A stretch of DNA of 64,000 nt from Tubiluchus corallicola (lineage: Eukaryota; Animalia; Priapulida). The position numbers and the translations under genes are program-made. Where the stretch lies: the NCBI GenBank assembly GCA_030141605.1, contig JAQGDQ010001001.1, positions 1 through 64,000 of the forward strand, in the 5' to 3' direction. Below are positions 47,501-60,300 of the stretch, in pieces; within the stretch, counting starts at the first letter, position 1; every line of letters begins with the position of its first letter. The notes below the pieces were generated by a model that worked only from the letters and a program-made list of their open reading frames with translations, ran no database searches and was not told where the DNA came from.

Positions 47501-50500
47501 TTTATCAATATTTGCCGGCTTTTCTATATTTACAGTTTTTCATACCTTTAATTCTTTTAAATGATAATCTGACTGTGATCATGATGATTATGATCTTTCC
47601 TAACAAGGCGAAGTAATGCTGATAAAGACATCTTTAATATAAAATAAGCATCACGAGGTGGAAATTTATTTTATGCAATTAGTGTAAGCACAATTAGAAG
47701 TGCTCTTCGGGAAAATGGAAGGTTCTTTTTCTAAATAGCAGTAAGGAAAATAGGTTGACATATTGGACCACCTTAATGCTTAAAGTATATAACAACAAAG
47801 ATTAATTTTGTGCTGCTGCATCTACTATATGTAAAACGTCTACGTTAAACAATCGCGTCAAAAAGCCGCATAATGATAATAAACATAAAATTTTCGTTTA
47901 CTTTGTTGTAATACTTGTTTTGAAGAAATGACTGTAAATGTGATATTCAAAAGCTCTATCCTTCGGCAATAAAATCTAGATATTGCGCACCAACTAGAAA
48001 CATTTATCACAGTCACTAACAAGTTATGTAAAAACTACTTTCGGTTGAATGTGAACATGGCCATTAGCAGTGTTGGACCAGGGGCATGAAAGTATAATGG
48101 GCCAACATATTATTAAGGCTAATAGTGGTCCAACATACCTGGAGGTGGCCCAAGATACTTCAGCAAGAGCAATCCATTGTTCAGTACAACTACACTTATA
48201 GGACTACCGATATATGTTTGCTTATTTGTTTTTCCTGAGAAAAGCACAGCTTCTTAACTGAGCTAGGCCATAGATTAATTTAATAGTTTGAGGTAAGTTT
48301 TTGGAAAAGGAATTTTTAGTGTCCGAAAAGCTGATAATTCAAATTTGGTGAGTTATGATAGTTAGCTGTCCAATATACCCTCTTTTATCAAATGGTAAAC
48401 AGCTAGACGGATAAACTTGGGTCAGAGGCACGCAAATATAGTTTTTTGAAAATACTAATGCAGAAGTCACTGACACGTGGTTTAAACACAATACTGATGT
48501 CGTTGAAATTTCGAGTTTGATCATATACGCTGCATACTTCTGAAACTGAATGCACGCAAGTATGACGTTTGCTCGACAGTCAATGGATAACAATCAGTTC
48601 TAGACCATTTTACAACGCGAATAAGAAAACCTTTACAAAGAATCATACGCTACAAGGTACAAGCCACTAATCAGTGCTTAACATAAGGCCCTCCCATGCA
48701 TTACAATAACCATTTATGCCTGTATGTTGATAGGCAGTAGGCCTAATTACATTATGTTATTCACTGGAGAAACAGATGTTCCTTAATACCTGCCGTAGGT
48801 CACTAATGGAAACGATAATTACTAGCTAGCTTCCTCGAGAAATGTTATTAGTTATCAGTGCATAGTGCATTCATAACAACACAACACTCATATAGGATAT
48901 CTGAATAAAAAGTAACACTTGAGAGGTCCCCTTTAATGAATGTCGACATGACAGATTTGATATGAAAATATCACTGTTACGTTCAATTATCATTGTCACT
49001 GTATTTACTTTAGCTGAGCTCGTACTAATTATGGGGGTTCGGCATCGAGCTCATTGTGATCCCGACCCCCGAACCTCGCTGAATCCAGAACCCCGGTCCG
49101 GAGCACGTTCACAACCTCTCGTCCTGTCCTGACCGCGAAGTTAAGTTTAAAAGTTTATAATAGGTGAAAAAACAACATTTACGTTAGGTTTTTGAGGTTT
49201 ATCGAGAAAATTGAGTCCCAAATTTTGTGATAATATATTTTTACTGTGATTTTATTAATTATCGCTGCCTCGCGTGAGAACCAAGGTGCTGTTATTTTTT
49301 AGAACGTCTTGCAAGTAGTTTAAAGCAAACAGAATTATCTTTTCACCGCACATACAGTGAAAGCGCATTCAATCATCTGTGAATGCGATTAATTTACTCC
49401 AGCAGGTCGCAGGGGGACTCACATCCATGGGTGTAATTTGTTAATAATGTTGAAACAATATAATAAAAAATATATAAAAAAATAGGCCATCCAAGGGAGA
49501 TATAATATGTGATTTTTGTCTCACTGCTACTTGTCTCCCACTGTCTTTCCGCTCAAGCGAATAATGCCTATTACTCAATCTGCCAATCCTTCTAACAATA
49601 AGTTAGAAACGCGCATAGTGAAGTAGAAGTGGCTTGCTTAGTCAAAACTATTTTGAAGTTACCGTTGATGGGTGAATCATGTCACAGTTATCGAAATATT
49701 AATAGGTTAGAGCAGAAATTCGCGCATTATTCTTGGTGTCCCTCATATAGCATGAACACTAATAATATTATTTATCCTCAAGAATCATGGTACACTGAAG
49801 TTTTTATGACGACATATAATATAATTATTACAGTTGATTGGCAATTTATTAAGATATAAACTTTGGACTGTCATAGTCACTAGAGGACATGGTAGTCTGA
49901 CAGTTATGATGTCCACCGGTAAAGCGTAGGGCCCTTGGTTCAAATCCAGGATGTGTTCCTGGCCGGCTAGAATTTTTGTACTTTGTTCCACAACGAACAT
50001 ACGTGCCGATGGCACAAATCCACAATTAATTGCATTTTGAAACCAAACTTGCAAAGTAGGAAATGAGAAAATGTTGGAACACTTTTCTCTCATCCATCAT
50101 GATAGAAAAACCGCAAAATGGTCTAGCACTAATACAATATAATTTGAAATATATTACTCCGTGCAGTTATTCTAATCAAGTTGCTAATCTCGTGCTTTGA
50201 AGGTACCATACCCATTTATACTCTTATACTGTTCGCACTTATACCTTTTTGAAATATACTTAATTTGAGGCATTTACTTCACAAACTGTCTGAGCTAAAA
50301 TATCTTCTAATATTCCTTTAACTTCCCGTCCTGTTAATAAGCAAGAACAACATTTTGGCAAATACCTCATAATAAGATGTCGTATCTGCAGATAAGAGAG
50401 TTACGTAAGCCGACAATATTATTAACAAGAAAAGCAAACGTGGAAGAGAGATTTTCCTTGTAGAAATCAGCCCTTACAAAGACTTATTTAATCAGAAGCT

Positions 50501-53500
50501 ATTGGGTGTCTCAGCAGTCTTATTCATAGAATGGACACAAAACAAGCACTTTTTAAAATCCCATAGAGCTGCAGTTTATTCAATCCCATATTTATCCAAT
50601 TAGTATAATTCCCCACACACAAGAAATTAGTTCGTGAAGCGGATTAAGATTACGGTTAGGGTTAGCGTTAGTGTTTAGGTTAGGATTTCAATTAGGCTAG
50701 AGTTAGGGTATTTAAATTGTGTGGGGAATTGTAAACTCCTTCCACCTGTTAAATTTATAATTTAGCCTAACGGAAGGAGTAATAGGTAAACTACGGACAA
50801 TTTAGTCCTTACTCATTATTCATTTACTCATTTTATTGTATTTTTCAGATTTCGAAATTTAAAAAAATTATAGCAGTGACATCAATTTTCCTTGGCAATT
50901 TATTAATGCCTGATCTTGACCATTTCTTATTGGCAAACTCCCTCATCGGTCTTTTTGCACCATATCATTTATCAATCCTTTAAGTGCTTAATGATTCTAA
51001 GTGGCATAGGCCTTTAAATTTAGAAATCTGAAAAAATAAAATAAAATAAACGAGTAAATACATGAAATAAAATTAACGCGTCCATAAAGTCAATGCAATC
51101 ATCCTAATATTATCTAGTTTTTTTCATTTTTGCGAGCTTGGTGACAAAATCAAGCATGAAATATTTGATTTTGGAGTTTTTAGCAAAAATTATGTGGGTA
51201 AGTCCTAAGGTGCTTCTAGTTTACCTCGTTAACTTCTATACAAATTGGATTATGTTCATACCCCAATATATTGCTGTCTGTGTTTGTGTTCATTTTATCT
51301 TAAAACCTCGAAGCTAACGAACGAGTCTTTTTCCTTTACGCCTTTTTCTTTCATGTCATTTGTCTCATGTTTTTCTAATTTACGTGACACTGTTGTCACG
51401 TTTGTTTTTAATGCCTATTTGTCTTAGACGGCTAGCTAATTCAACAAATTGTCTGATTTCTTTGTCGGCTATTGTGTCTTGCTACTCACCCGTTCGAAAG
51501 GTTTAACGTGTAATCACCTACAGTAATTTAACGTGTTTTGACAGCAGTTTCGCAGCATTTGAAATTTATTAGAGTGAAGATCAAATGAATATTCCGGTTG
51601 CTTAGCTCAATTCAGATTTCTTACAACCGTTAGAGGTCGCGCTCGCCAATTTTTTTTACGCTGCAGTATTTTAATGAGGCTACATTAGGGAGCAACGGTT
51701 ACATACTGCCTAAAAAACCTTTGTGAACTAGATTTGCAAATCTTGTGCAAACAATTGCAAAATTTAGATAATCCGGAAATGAAAGGTTGAGGTGATCTGA
51801 AGCCTGAAGGAGGTGCATTTCTAGAAGGTAGTTTTGACATTTTCTTTTGGTTTTATTAATAAAAGAACCCTGAAAAGTTTTACTTCATATGTATTTATTT
51901 TCAAATTTTTTGTGATGTTTGTTAAAAATAATAAAAATGAAAGTACAATGCCTTTTGAGACTTTAGGGATGTATAAGGAAAATGCGATATATTTACGCCT
52001 GCGTAGTATGTATTCTTACTATCCTACATTTAGGATATTATACATATGCCTACAGCCCTAATATTATAGTAACCGCAACCATGTTCAGTCTATTACATTT
52101 CCATTGACATATACTTCGTTTTACCAGCAATGCCTTTTCACAGCGAGCTGTCAGTTTCACATCCAGTGGCGGCTCGTGTATAGGTACTGTGGAACTGCAG
52201 CACCCCCTATTTTCACTCAAAATTATCGATAATATTCAATATAATAAGTCTTTTTTTCTTTAGTTCTTCTTTATACTTGCACGGAAGCAGAGCACGTGAG
52301 GGTAGCAATGTTTGCTTCACAGCCCGGCACCATGTACCCCAGCAACACGGTCATACGCATGTTTCTGAGATAACACGCTGTACGCTGCACTGCTAGCGTC
52401 TACTGCTAGGTAGAAAAAGTACTGTCGCTCGCACAGTTTGTTGTCAGTAGTGACTGTGAATGGATCAAGCTTGAACTGCGACATTAGTCTATTAGTAAAC
52501 AAAAAATTTTTTTGTTTAGGATTTTATCAAGCTTATGTATAAACTTTCATGTTTATTTTTTCAAAATTAAAATTATACTTTTATTTCTGTGACTATATAT
52601 AACTCTTATAACTACAAAGTGAAGGCTGAAAATTTTCTGAAGCAATACCCCACTAATTTCAGCTACTAGACGCCACTGTTCACAACTTTTAGTTTAACAG
52701 CCTTCACTTTATAGTTATATTATGTTGTCATTATTTTAAAAGGCAACTAAATAATGTTATTACTAATTTAAGGAAATACTACTCCAGTGATATTTAGGTA
52801 ACAGAGGAATTGGGCAAATGTACGACGAAATGAGTCACACAGCATACGTTTTTTGTCTGTAGGTCGCACATGTGTTTGTGGAACTGGTATGAAATAGACG
52901 AGCATAGACATCTATGGGCCATACTGTGTATGGTCATCCCTATCATCACCACATTCATCTGCTATTTGAAACTCTACATTCATGTCAGAAAAAGTCACGA
53001 GAAGGTAAAAAAAATAATAATAACAATCTACTAATGCATGTCGAAGCACAAGGTCTCAAGTTTATTTAATTGTGGTGTTACTTGGGTTATAAATAGCTAC
53101 GTGTAATAGCGTAGTGTCATTCTGGTGCAGAGGGTTGAGAAACTAGTCTCTTACTTTGAGTTTCATAATACGTATCGCAAATAGTGTTTGCAGCACTGAA
53201 AAAAGTTCATTTTTGACTAAAAGTAGCCGCACTTTCATATAATTTTTTTTAAAAATCTATTTCGATTTTACTTAGATGTTTATATTTCAGTCTATTTTAA
53301 GGTTGTCAAGCACAAGCCTTCAAAGAATATGAAAATGGACGTGCAACTCGCTCGGACACTCTTCATTATATTCGTCACTTTTGTCACAACATGGACGCCA
53401 ATGGTCATCGACTTTTACTTTGATGTAAATCGAGACTGGCCAGACGAGTTCATGTTGTTCGTTGTTTTCATGGCACATCTAAACTCTGCTCTAAATCCAT

Positions 53501-53709
53501 TAATTTACGGGGTATCGAACCCCAATTTTCGTAAAAAATTTAGAATAATTTTGTGTAAATGTAAATGTACAGACGCCGACAGAATGGTTAAAACGGAGAA
53601 GTCACCATCAAATTCCAGCAGCAGGTTGAATCAAATTCATGAAATGAAATCCTTGAATGTGTCAAAGTATTTTCAAGTCACACCTTCTTCTAGCTATTAT
53701 TCTATATAA
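44528..53709 (+). CDS. Class A GPCR, melatonin-receptor-like; N-terminal exon not located
   Basis: Exons 44528-44671 (GICGNTLVII...LLNLAITDMLV), 45172-45326 (TM3, SVSRMTAICYNNVYKK), 46712-46836 (TM4 Trp), 52863-53004 (ECL2 Cys, TM5 IPII...CYLKLY), 53302-53709 (TM6 TWTP, TM7 NSALNPLIYG, NPNFRK). Phases are consistent. Confidence 0.88.
49885..49959 (+). mobile_element. tRNA-derived sequence (SINE head or tRNA pseudogene)
   Basis: B box GGTTCAAATCC at 49937-49947 within a paired T-arm (cttgg/ccagg), with an A-box-like tggtagtctgacagtt upstream. The anticodon stem is poorly paired. Confidence 0.4.
50604..50733. mobile_element. Mini-MITE with internal TTAGGG-like repeats
   Basis: TIRs aattccccacac / gtgtggggaatt enclosing ggttagggttagcgttagtgtttaggttagg. 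Confidence 0.6.
50795..51083. mobile_element. Palindromic MITE
   Basis: tttactc...tatttttcagatttcgaaatttaaa is mirrored by tttaaatttagaaatctgaaaaaata...gagtaaa. Confidence 0.55.
52164..52678. mobile_element. hAT-type MITE in GPCR intron
   Basis: TIRs CAGTGGCG / CGCCACTG; 8-bp TSD ttcacatc / ttcacaac (7/8). Confidence 0.8.
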
Positions 53710-55054
53710 TGAATATTTCAGTTCCTTGTGAGAAAAATAACTTATAAAAGAAGGTGCATCATGTCACAGCAATGATTATATTATTAAACGTAATTGTTAA
53801 GGAACATGTAGTTTTATTATATTTCTATTGCTATGTTTAACTATAGTCGCGTCTGCGTGTCTGCCCGCGCAATAAAATCATACGGATAAAATTATAAAAA
53901 CAAAACTTGACGCAGAAATAGGTCTGGATAAAAAGTTAAAGGTCATGCACACTCAGAGTCAAAAAATGTCAATGCTAGAAAAAGGGCTTTCACTACAGAT
54001 GTAGCCGACCCACGCATTGATTATGCATAAAAAATTATTCACCTTGTTACCTTGACCTTTAACTTTTAGAGCCCAAATGCAGTGGCTTCACAGGTCTTGG
54101 TCAGATTAATCCATTGCTAAGTTTGGTGACAATCTGTTTTGATTTTGACTTAATGTTTAACTTGTTAATTGTTACCTTGACTTTTGAGTGTTTGACTGGT
54201 CATTGGGTTTCCCATTTTTGCCCAGAGCTAGGCTGTGCCAGGTTTCGTGCATGCAGATTCATTCGTTTTGATTTTATTGTGTAGATGGATACAAATACAC
54301 CGACGTGAGTAAATCGCCGTGGATAATAAACTTTCTGCTCACAGAGATTGTACCTTATTCATTTCAAAAGGTTTTCAGAATAAACTTATTTACACTATAT
54401 ATTTACCCAAAGCAGTTTATGTATAGATTCTGTAAATTATTCGTATTTATTGTAAAGTATTTTGTATACCTTAAACTATATTTTGATAATGCTTATTTGT
54501 AAAAAAGCTAAGTACGAACTCTGCCTAATCAGTGCACGTTCAGCTAGTTCACATTTAGCAGATTTCAGGGAATTAGTTTCAGGAATGTTCGCAAAGCAAA
54601 TGAGAAGGCTAAATGATTGCCACAAGCGCAACGGTGGGAGCTCTGTCAATACAAGCTTCATTTGCTTTAACAATTTGTGCCCTCATTGACCTAGATCTGA
54701 CTTCGTTTGTATAAAATGTCTCTTCACTCTCACAAGCACAACTGTTTTTGACCAAAACAGATGTTTCAATTTAATAAAAACATTAAAATATTAGTACGAT
54801 ACCAGTACAAAAAATTAACGTATATTGTAACAATTTAACAATAATTCAAGCGTTGAAAACCAATTCAGAGGAACAGGTAGCTGGCACAATGTCATAGAAT
54901 CTCAAAGAATATATTTCTCAGATTTCGTTTGTTGGGTCACGCATGGGTCGCTGGGCGCGTGTACCACGTCACCAACGCCTTTGTGCGTGTGGAGCCGTGC
55001 AAATGGAACAACGCGTTGTTGGTCATTGCCCCAATAGGAGCTTTTTAAGGATAT

Positions 55055-55951
55055 GTGAATGTAGGTAAAAATGGGCCAGGTAAAAAGACATAAGAAAAAA
55101 TAGCTCACCTAATAAAATAGGTGTTTAGGGTAGGGTTACAGTGGCACAAATGGAAAAGTAGTTATTTTTACCTCTGCCAAGGAAGTTATGCTTCAATGCA
55201 GTTCGTTTGTTTCTTTATCTGGTTAAATTTATGTCTGTTACGGCAGTAAGCCTATTATGCTATTATTAAAAACTATCTAACAGATTTTCAAGAAACTCTG
55301 TGGAAAGGTGGGTATAACCATATAGGGTGCCAAAATGGGAATCTTTTCGCTGGTTCATTTTTCGCAAAACTTGACCGAACACCACATAGAAAAAACATTC
55401 GTCAAGGTCTCAGAGCGAGTACTTATTACTTCTTTTATGTTATATCCACTTGAGCAAACGACTACGATTAATTCGTGCTCCATTATGAGAAATTCTCGCT
55501 TGTAAAACTATACTTGTAAATATGTATATATATTTGTCGGCCTATTACCATCGCCAAAATTAATGGTTAGAAAGGTAGATAAATGCTAAGTGGAACATTC
55601 ATGCATTTTTGATTATAAATCTATTTGAGGAACAAATATCTTGTGAGTCTTTTGCTAGTCTATGTAATACTGATACAAGTACATTTTTGCATGTTTACTT
55701 GTTTATCTTTGCATTAAATATTTTTAATCAAAAGAATCAAACGAATAAGTTTATGATTGTTCGGCTTTGTCAGAGATTACTGCTTACTCAACGCATTCTA
55801 GTTATATTATAGAAATCAATTGCATCAAAATAAGATGTGCCATTTTTCCTACTTTTCCATTTGTGATATTTTTTCTGTGTCATTTTTACCTACTTCCACT
55901 TGCGCCATTTTTTTTCTGGGCCATTTTTCCTGTGCCACTTTTACCACGCAT
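55055..55951. mobile_element. MITE with inverted subterminal GGTAAAAATGGC-type repeats, apparently interrupted by a Helentron-like insert (~55162-55435)
   Basis: Left ggtaaaaatgggccaggtaaaaag...gtggcacaaatggaaaagtag; right tgtgccatttttcc-type arrays in inverse orientation. The insert begins ttatttttacctctgccaaggaagttatg. Confidence 0.45.
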
Positions 55952-57307
55952 TGGGATAGGTACATGAATACTGTTTTTTCCTATTTACGCTCTTTTTTTG
56001 CTAGTGAGAAGCCAAAAACTATTTGTGAAATTATAACGAATGTTTTGAAGGTTTATGATAACATACAACGTTTTATGCTTGTCATAGAGAGGCCTAGGGA
56101 TTAACTAATGGTGTGTTGATAAATATGGACTTTTTCTTACTTAATGTATTTGTACTGTGTATAAGCAATTAAAATGTTATGAACATTATGGGAATATTAA
56201 TATGTGGTAGCTTAGATAGAGTAGTATTGTTTTTGATTTGTTACAATAATACACCGACTTGCTAGTTTACTGACTGAAAATCCAGTATTGTTGATTTACT
56301 CTCTGGATAATTGATTCTATGGACGTATACTTGATTTGTTGTGAATATGTAATTGTATACTGGTTGTGTTGTTTTTGAATAGATCAATAAACTTTAACTA
56401 ACTAACTAGCAACACTAAACCCTGTCAGCGATAGATGGCTGACTGCTAAGAAAACTGCAAACAGCTTTCAGATTATTTTACTTTAATGAGAGAGTATGAC
56501 TGTGCATCTGAAAATGACTGAGGCACCATTGCCCGGTCAATGTCTCATCTTAGTAGAGCATGTCCTTGACAAATATCTAGTTTATAGCCCACCACAACTA
56601 TCTAAATTAAGGTAGTGTATCACTCAATACTGTATCACAACTTGTAGAGTGCAGAACTACACAAAAAGATATGGATAACATATCCTACAATAAGGAATAC
56701 AATACCATTAACTTCAATGGATTCCTGGCTTATTAACAGACATAAATCCTTACCTAGGTTCTGGTGCTCATGATCAGGCACTTAAGTGCACAGCTATTTT
56801 ATCTTCACTACTACATATCAATAAATCTCCAATTTATGAACCTAACGATTAACTGGACAATATTTGGGAACCTTCCATGAAATTACTACTGACTTCAGAT
56901 GCAGCCATTATAACCAAGAACGTGGTATTTTACCAAGAAGTTATTATATCTACTTGGCTTGAACTGAATTACTAAAGTGTTATAAAATCAATGTGTTGAA
57001 ATTAAGGCAAACAATGATTTGCAAGATAAAAACCACATATCTTTCAAGTGCCTAAAACTTTTCAACTTTGTGTATGAAAGATTTGAATGTTGTTTAAATG
57101 TAAAATGCAAAATACAAAAAGAAGCTGCTTGCTTTCTAAAATCTTATCAGCACCAATTTTCGAGTATTTCAGCTTTTTCAGAGTATATGTCTTGAACTTG
57201 TTTTAATAACTGTTAAACAAAAATAAAATTCACCACACTACTTAAAATAAATAAATAAACATTTACATTATTTTACAACATAATATGAACAATGCCACAG
57301 GATAATG

Positions 57308-60300
57308 TCACAACAATGCCTGAGTAATCATAATAAACAATATAGATGTACTAACTGAAACTCTGTGGCCAATAGAAAATGGATAGAAAAAGTCACTGGG
57401 AAGATGAATATCTATGATAGGAACTTCAGCCTCTGCTTGATAAGCTGGTGCACTGGCATCTATAAATGATACAGAACTGACAACTTCAAACGCTTGCTTC
57501 ACATTAGAGGTTCCAGGCTGGCAGTAAACACCAATGCACTATAGAAAAACAAGACCATTAGCAAGTTGTTACACAGCGCGTGCCATAACCTCATAGAGGA
57601 TGTTGATAACATATAAGTGATCTCCATTCCATTTCCAAAACTAAAAATGAAGTTTATGTAACATGCGCCAACATTTTATCATAAACATATCTATAAAACC
57701 AAATGATAAAGCAATTGTGAACTAAATGACATACCTAGAGATGAATGATTATACTGTTAACTACTACTAAGGCCACACTTATTGAGAAGCATCATATTCA
57801 GTGAACTTACAGTTCAAAACTAATGTTTATTGTGCGGCGCAAGTTGTTTTTTCGTACACATCACCAAAAAGGTTAGTGGCCTTTGAAAGCTATATGTTAC
57901 CTCAAATTTTACATCCTGTGGCTCCTCATAACGGTAGACAACTCCAATAATCTTTGGCTGGGGATTTGCCATCGAACCAGCATTGGCATAGGCTATCTCT
58001 ATGTGCATCCCTAGTGTTACTCCTAAACATTCTTTCTGATCATTTGAGGCTGCTGCCTGTAATTTAATTGAGAAGATTTTCAAATGAAATCTTCCCAGCT
58101 CATATTACAGAAAAAACTTCACAAGTTATAGTAAGGCTTCTTGATTCACAGTTTTGCTGTAACCAGTAAGTAGAGAAATTATAAGTATGCATTAATAGAA
58201 GTGTCAAACTGAATGTTATTTAGTGAATTTCACGCCAAGAACTACAAGCAGTGCTACCAGCCACCCAATGCCACATATTATGAAATTAGATTAGATGACA
58301 CTATTCAGAAAAAGTGCCATCAAAGATTTCAGTGAGTATACAAATTAAGTAGTCTATTGTCTCACGAAATTTGATAAAAGCTCAATTAAAATTCTCACAT
58401 CTTTAAATGTGGCAAACCTACTTCTCAAAACAAAGTGAATTGGGATTTGTCAAAACTGGTCATGTGACTGACTTGATCAGACTTCCAGTTTAAATCTGCC
58501 AATCATATTTTTCCAGAGAAGTGTTTATTATTATAAAAACAAAACACAATAGTTAGTTAACTTATCAAAGTAGATATTAAACATAGTCAGCTTTTATTAT
58601 CTTGCTTTCCAGTGGACCTATCAAGACAGAGTTCACAGATTAGTTCTAAGAGTAATAATAGTTTCTCGTTTACCACGTTTAATGGCTGGAAATTCAAATT
58701 TTAGCTATTTTTGTTGGTAAAAAGTGTATCACAAATAAGTAATTGTGATAATGTCGCTAGAGTCCTAACCCCTTACTTAGTACCTCTGTATTAGTGAAGG
58801 AAAGTGGAAAAAATATAATTTAATAATTTTTCCAGACTCCACCAGCTAGGGTCAGCACTTTTTCATTCTATGCTTAAAAATTCTCAATATTTTTCAATAA
58901 TGACGCATATGCACGGCTGATTTTTTATTTAATTTTCCAATCGATTATGACCCAGCCCAACTATACTACAGAATAATTTGCCGCGTAATAAAGTCATAAA
59001 TAATAATGATTGTAAAGGAGACATCTTATGCCATCAATATATGCATAGTTGCTGCTAGCTAGTACGAAATGACAAGCGATCAAACATTTGTGAGTACACT
59101 GTAAGTATATATAAAAAAAACTTACTGCTATTTCAGGCAAATTTTCCTCTAAAACAGGCACCCAGTCACCAACATTTCTAACATCAGAGTTTCCAAAACT
59201 TGCGACATAGTCGGGTTTGTCGCCCCTTAGTGCTGTTATGGCAACTTCATTTATCAGTTCACACATATTACTCATGTTAGCAGCATAAACTCTGTAAAAT
59301 TATCAATAACATAAAAAACAATGAAATTACTAAAGTGAGAAATAAAAGTACATTAACAGTAACAAGTCTTTGCACAAAGCTAAGGTAGTCTTGCACAAGG
59401 ATACACTCACTAAGTTCATTTTATTTTGTGAGCTTTCACTTAGACTGGTTTGTGAATAAATATGCTTTTACACAATCAAACTGTGTAACTAGTAAACTAT
59501 AATAAGATACAGGTGAAATAAAATACAGAAATCTAAAGAACTGCAGTGAATTGTAGTTTAAACTTTCAAATGACCACATACAGGAGCAGAAGGAAGCATG
59601 GAATAGGGACATAAAATAGGAAACACTTAGTTTAGCAAGAGGAAAACAAAATTTCATCAGTACTAATAAAGTGACAGTAACTTAGAATACTGACCACAAA
59701 CTGTTGTTGAGAGAAAACGTGGATTTTGTCCAGTGTTTCAATGTCAGACTACATTACTCTTGTACCTACTCTGATTTGCCTTTATTTTTTATGGTGGTGC
59801 TTCACTGATGTGTGTTTTTATGATATTGCTTTTGCGTTTGATTCTCAATTAATTTCTAACTATATTTTTATTGTCTTTTGATACTTTTTCATGACTATGG
59901 TTAATTAGATATTTTACTATTTGTGCTATTACAGATTCTCCCTAAAGATGGAAATAGATGGAAAGACTCCAAAACATTGGATTATATGCGAGTTTTCTTT
60001 CAACAACAATATATTGTCAGTATTTTCTGTTGCTATGACTTTGTTACCACTAATAGGGAATATCTAATTTTACAAAGTTACTTGGTTTAACAAAACTGGT
60101 AAAAATAAATAGCAATGTCAATGTAAGAACGCATAAGAACAACACCCAAATAAATTTATGATAAGTTATTTAAAAAAGAAATTCAATGTGTTAGTTTTGA
60201 AAAAACAAATCACAAAGATCAAAAAGAAGTTAAATACATGGTTAAAAATTTAACTCACACACTTTGACAAATGCTATCAATGAATTATCCAAAAACAAAA

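Noticed and set aside
49885-49959. Functional tRNA gene
   Set aside because: D and anticodon arms do not pair properly; kept only as a tRNA-derived repeat.
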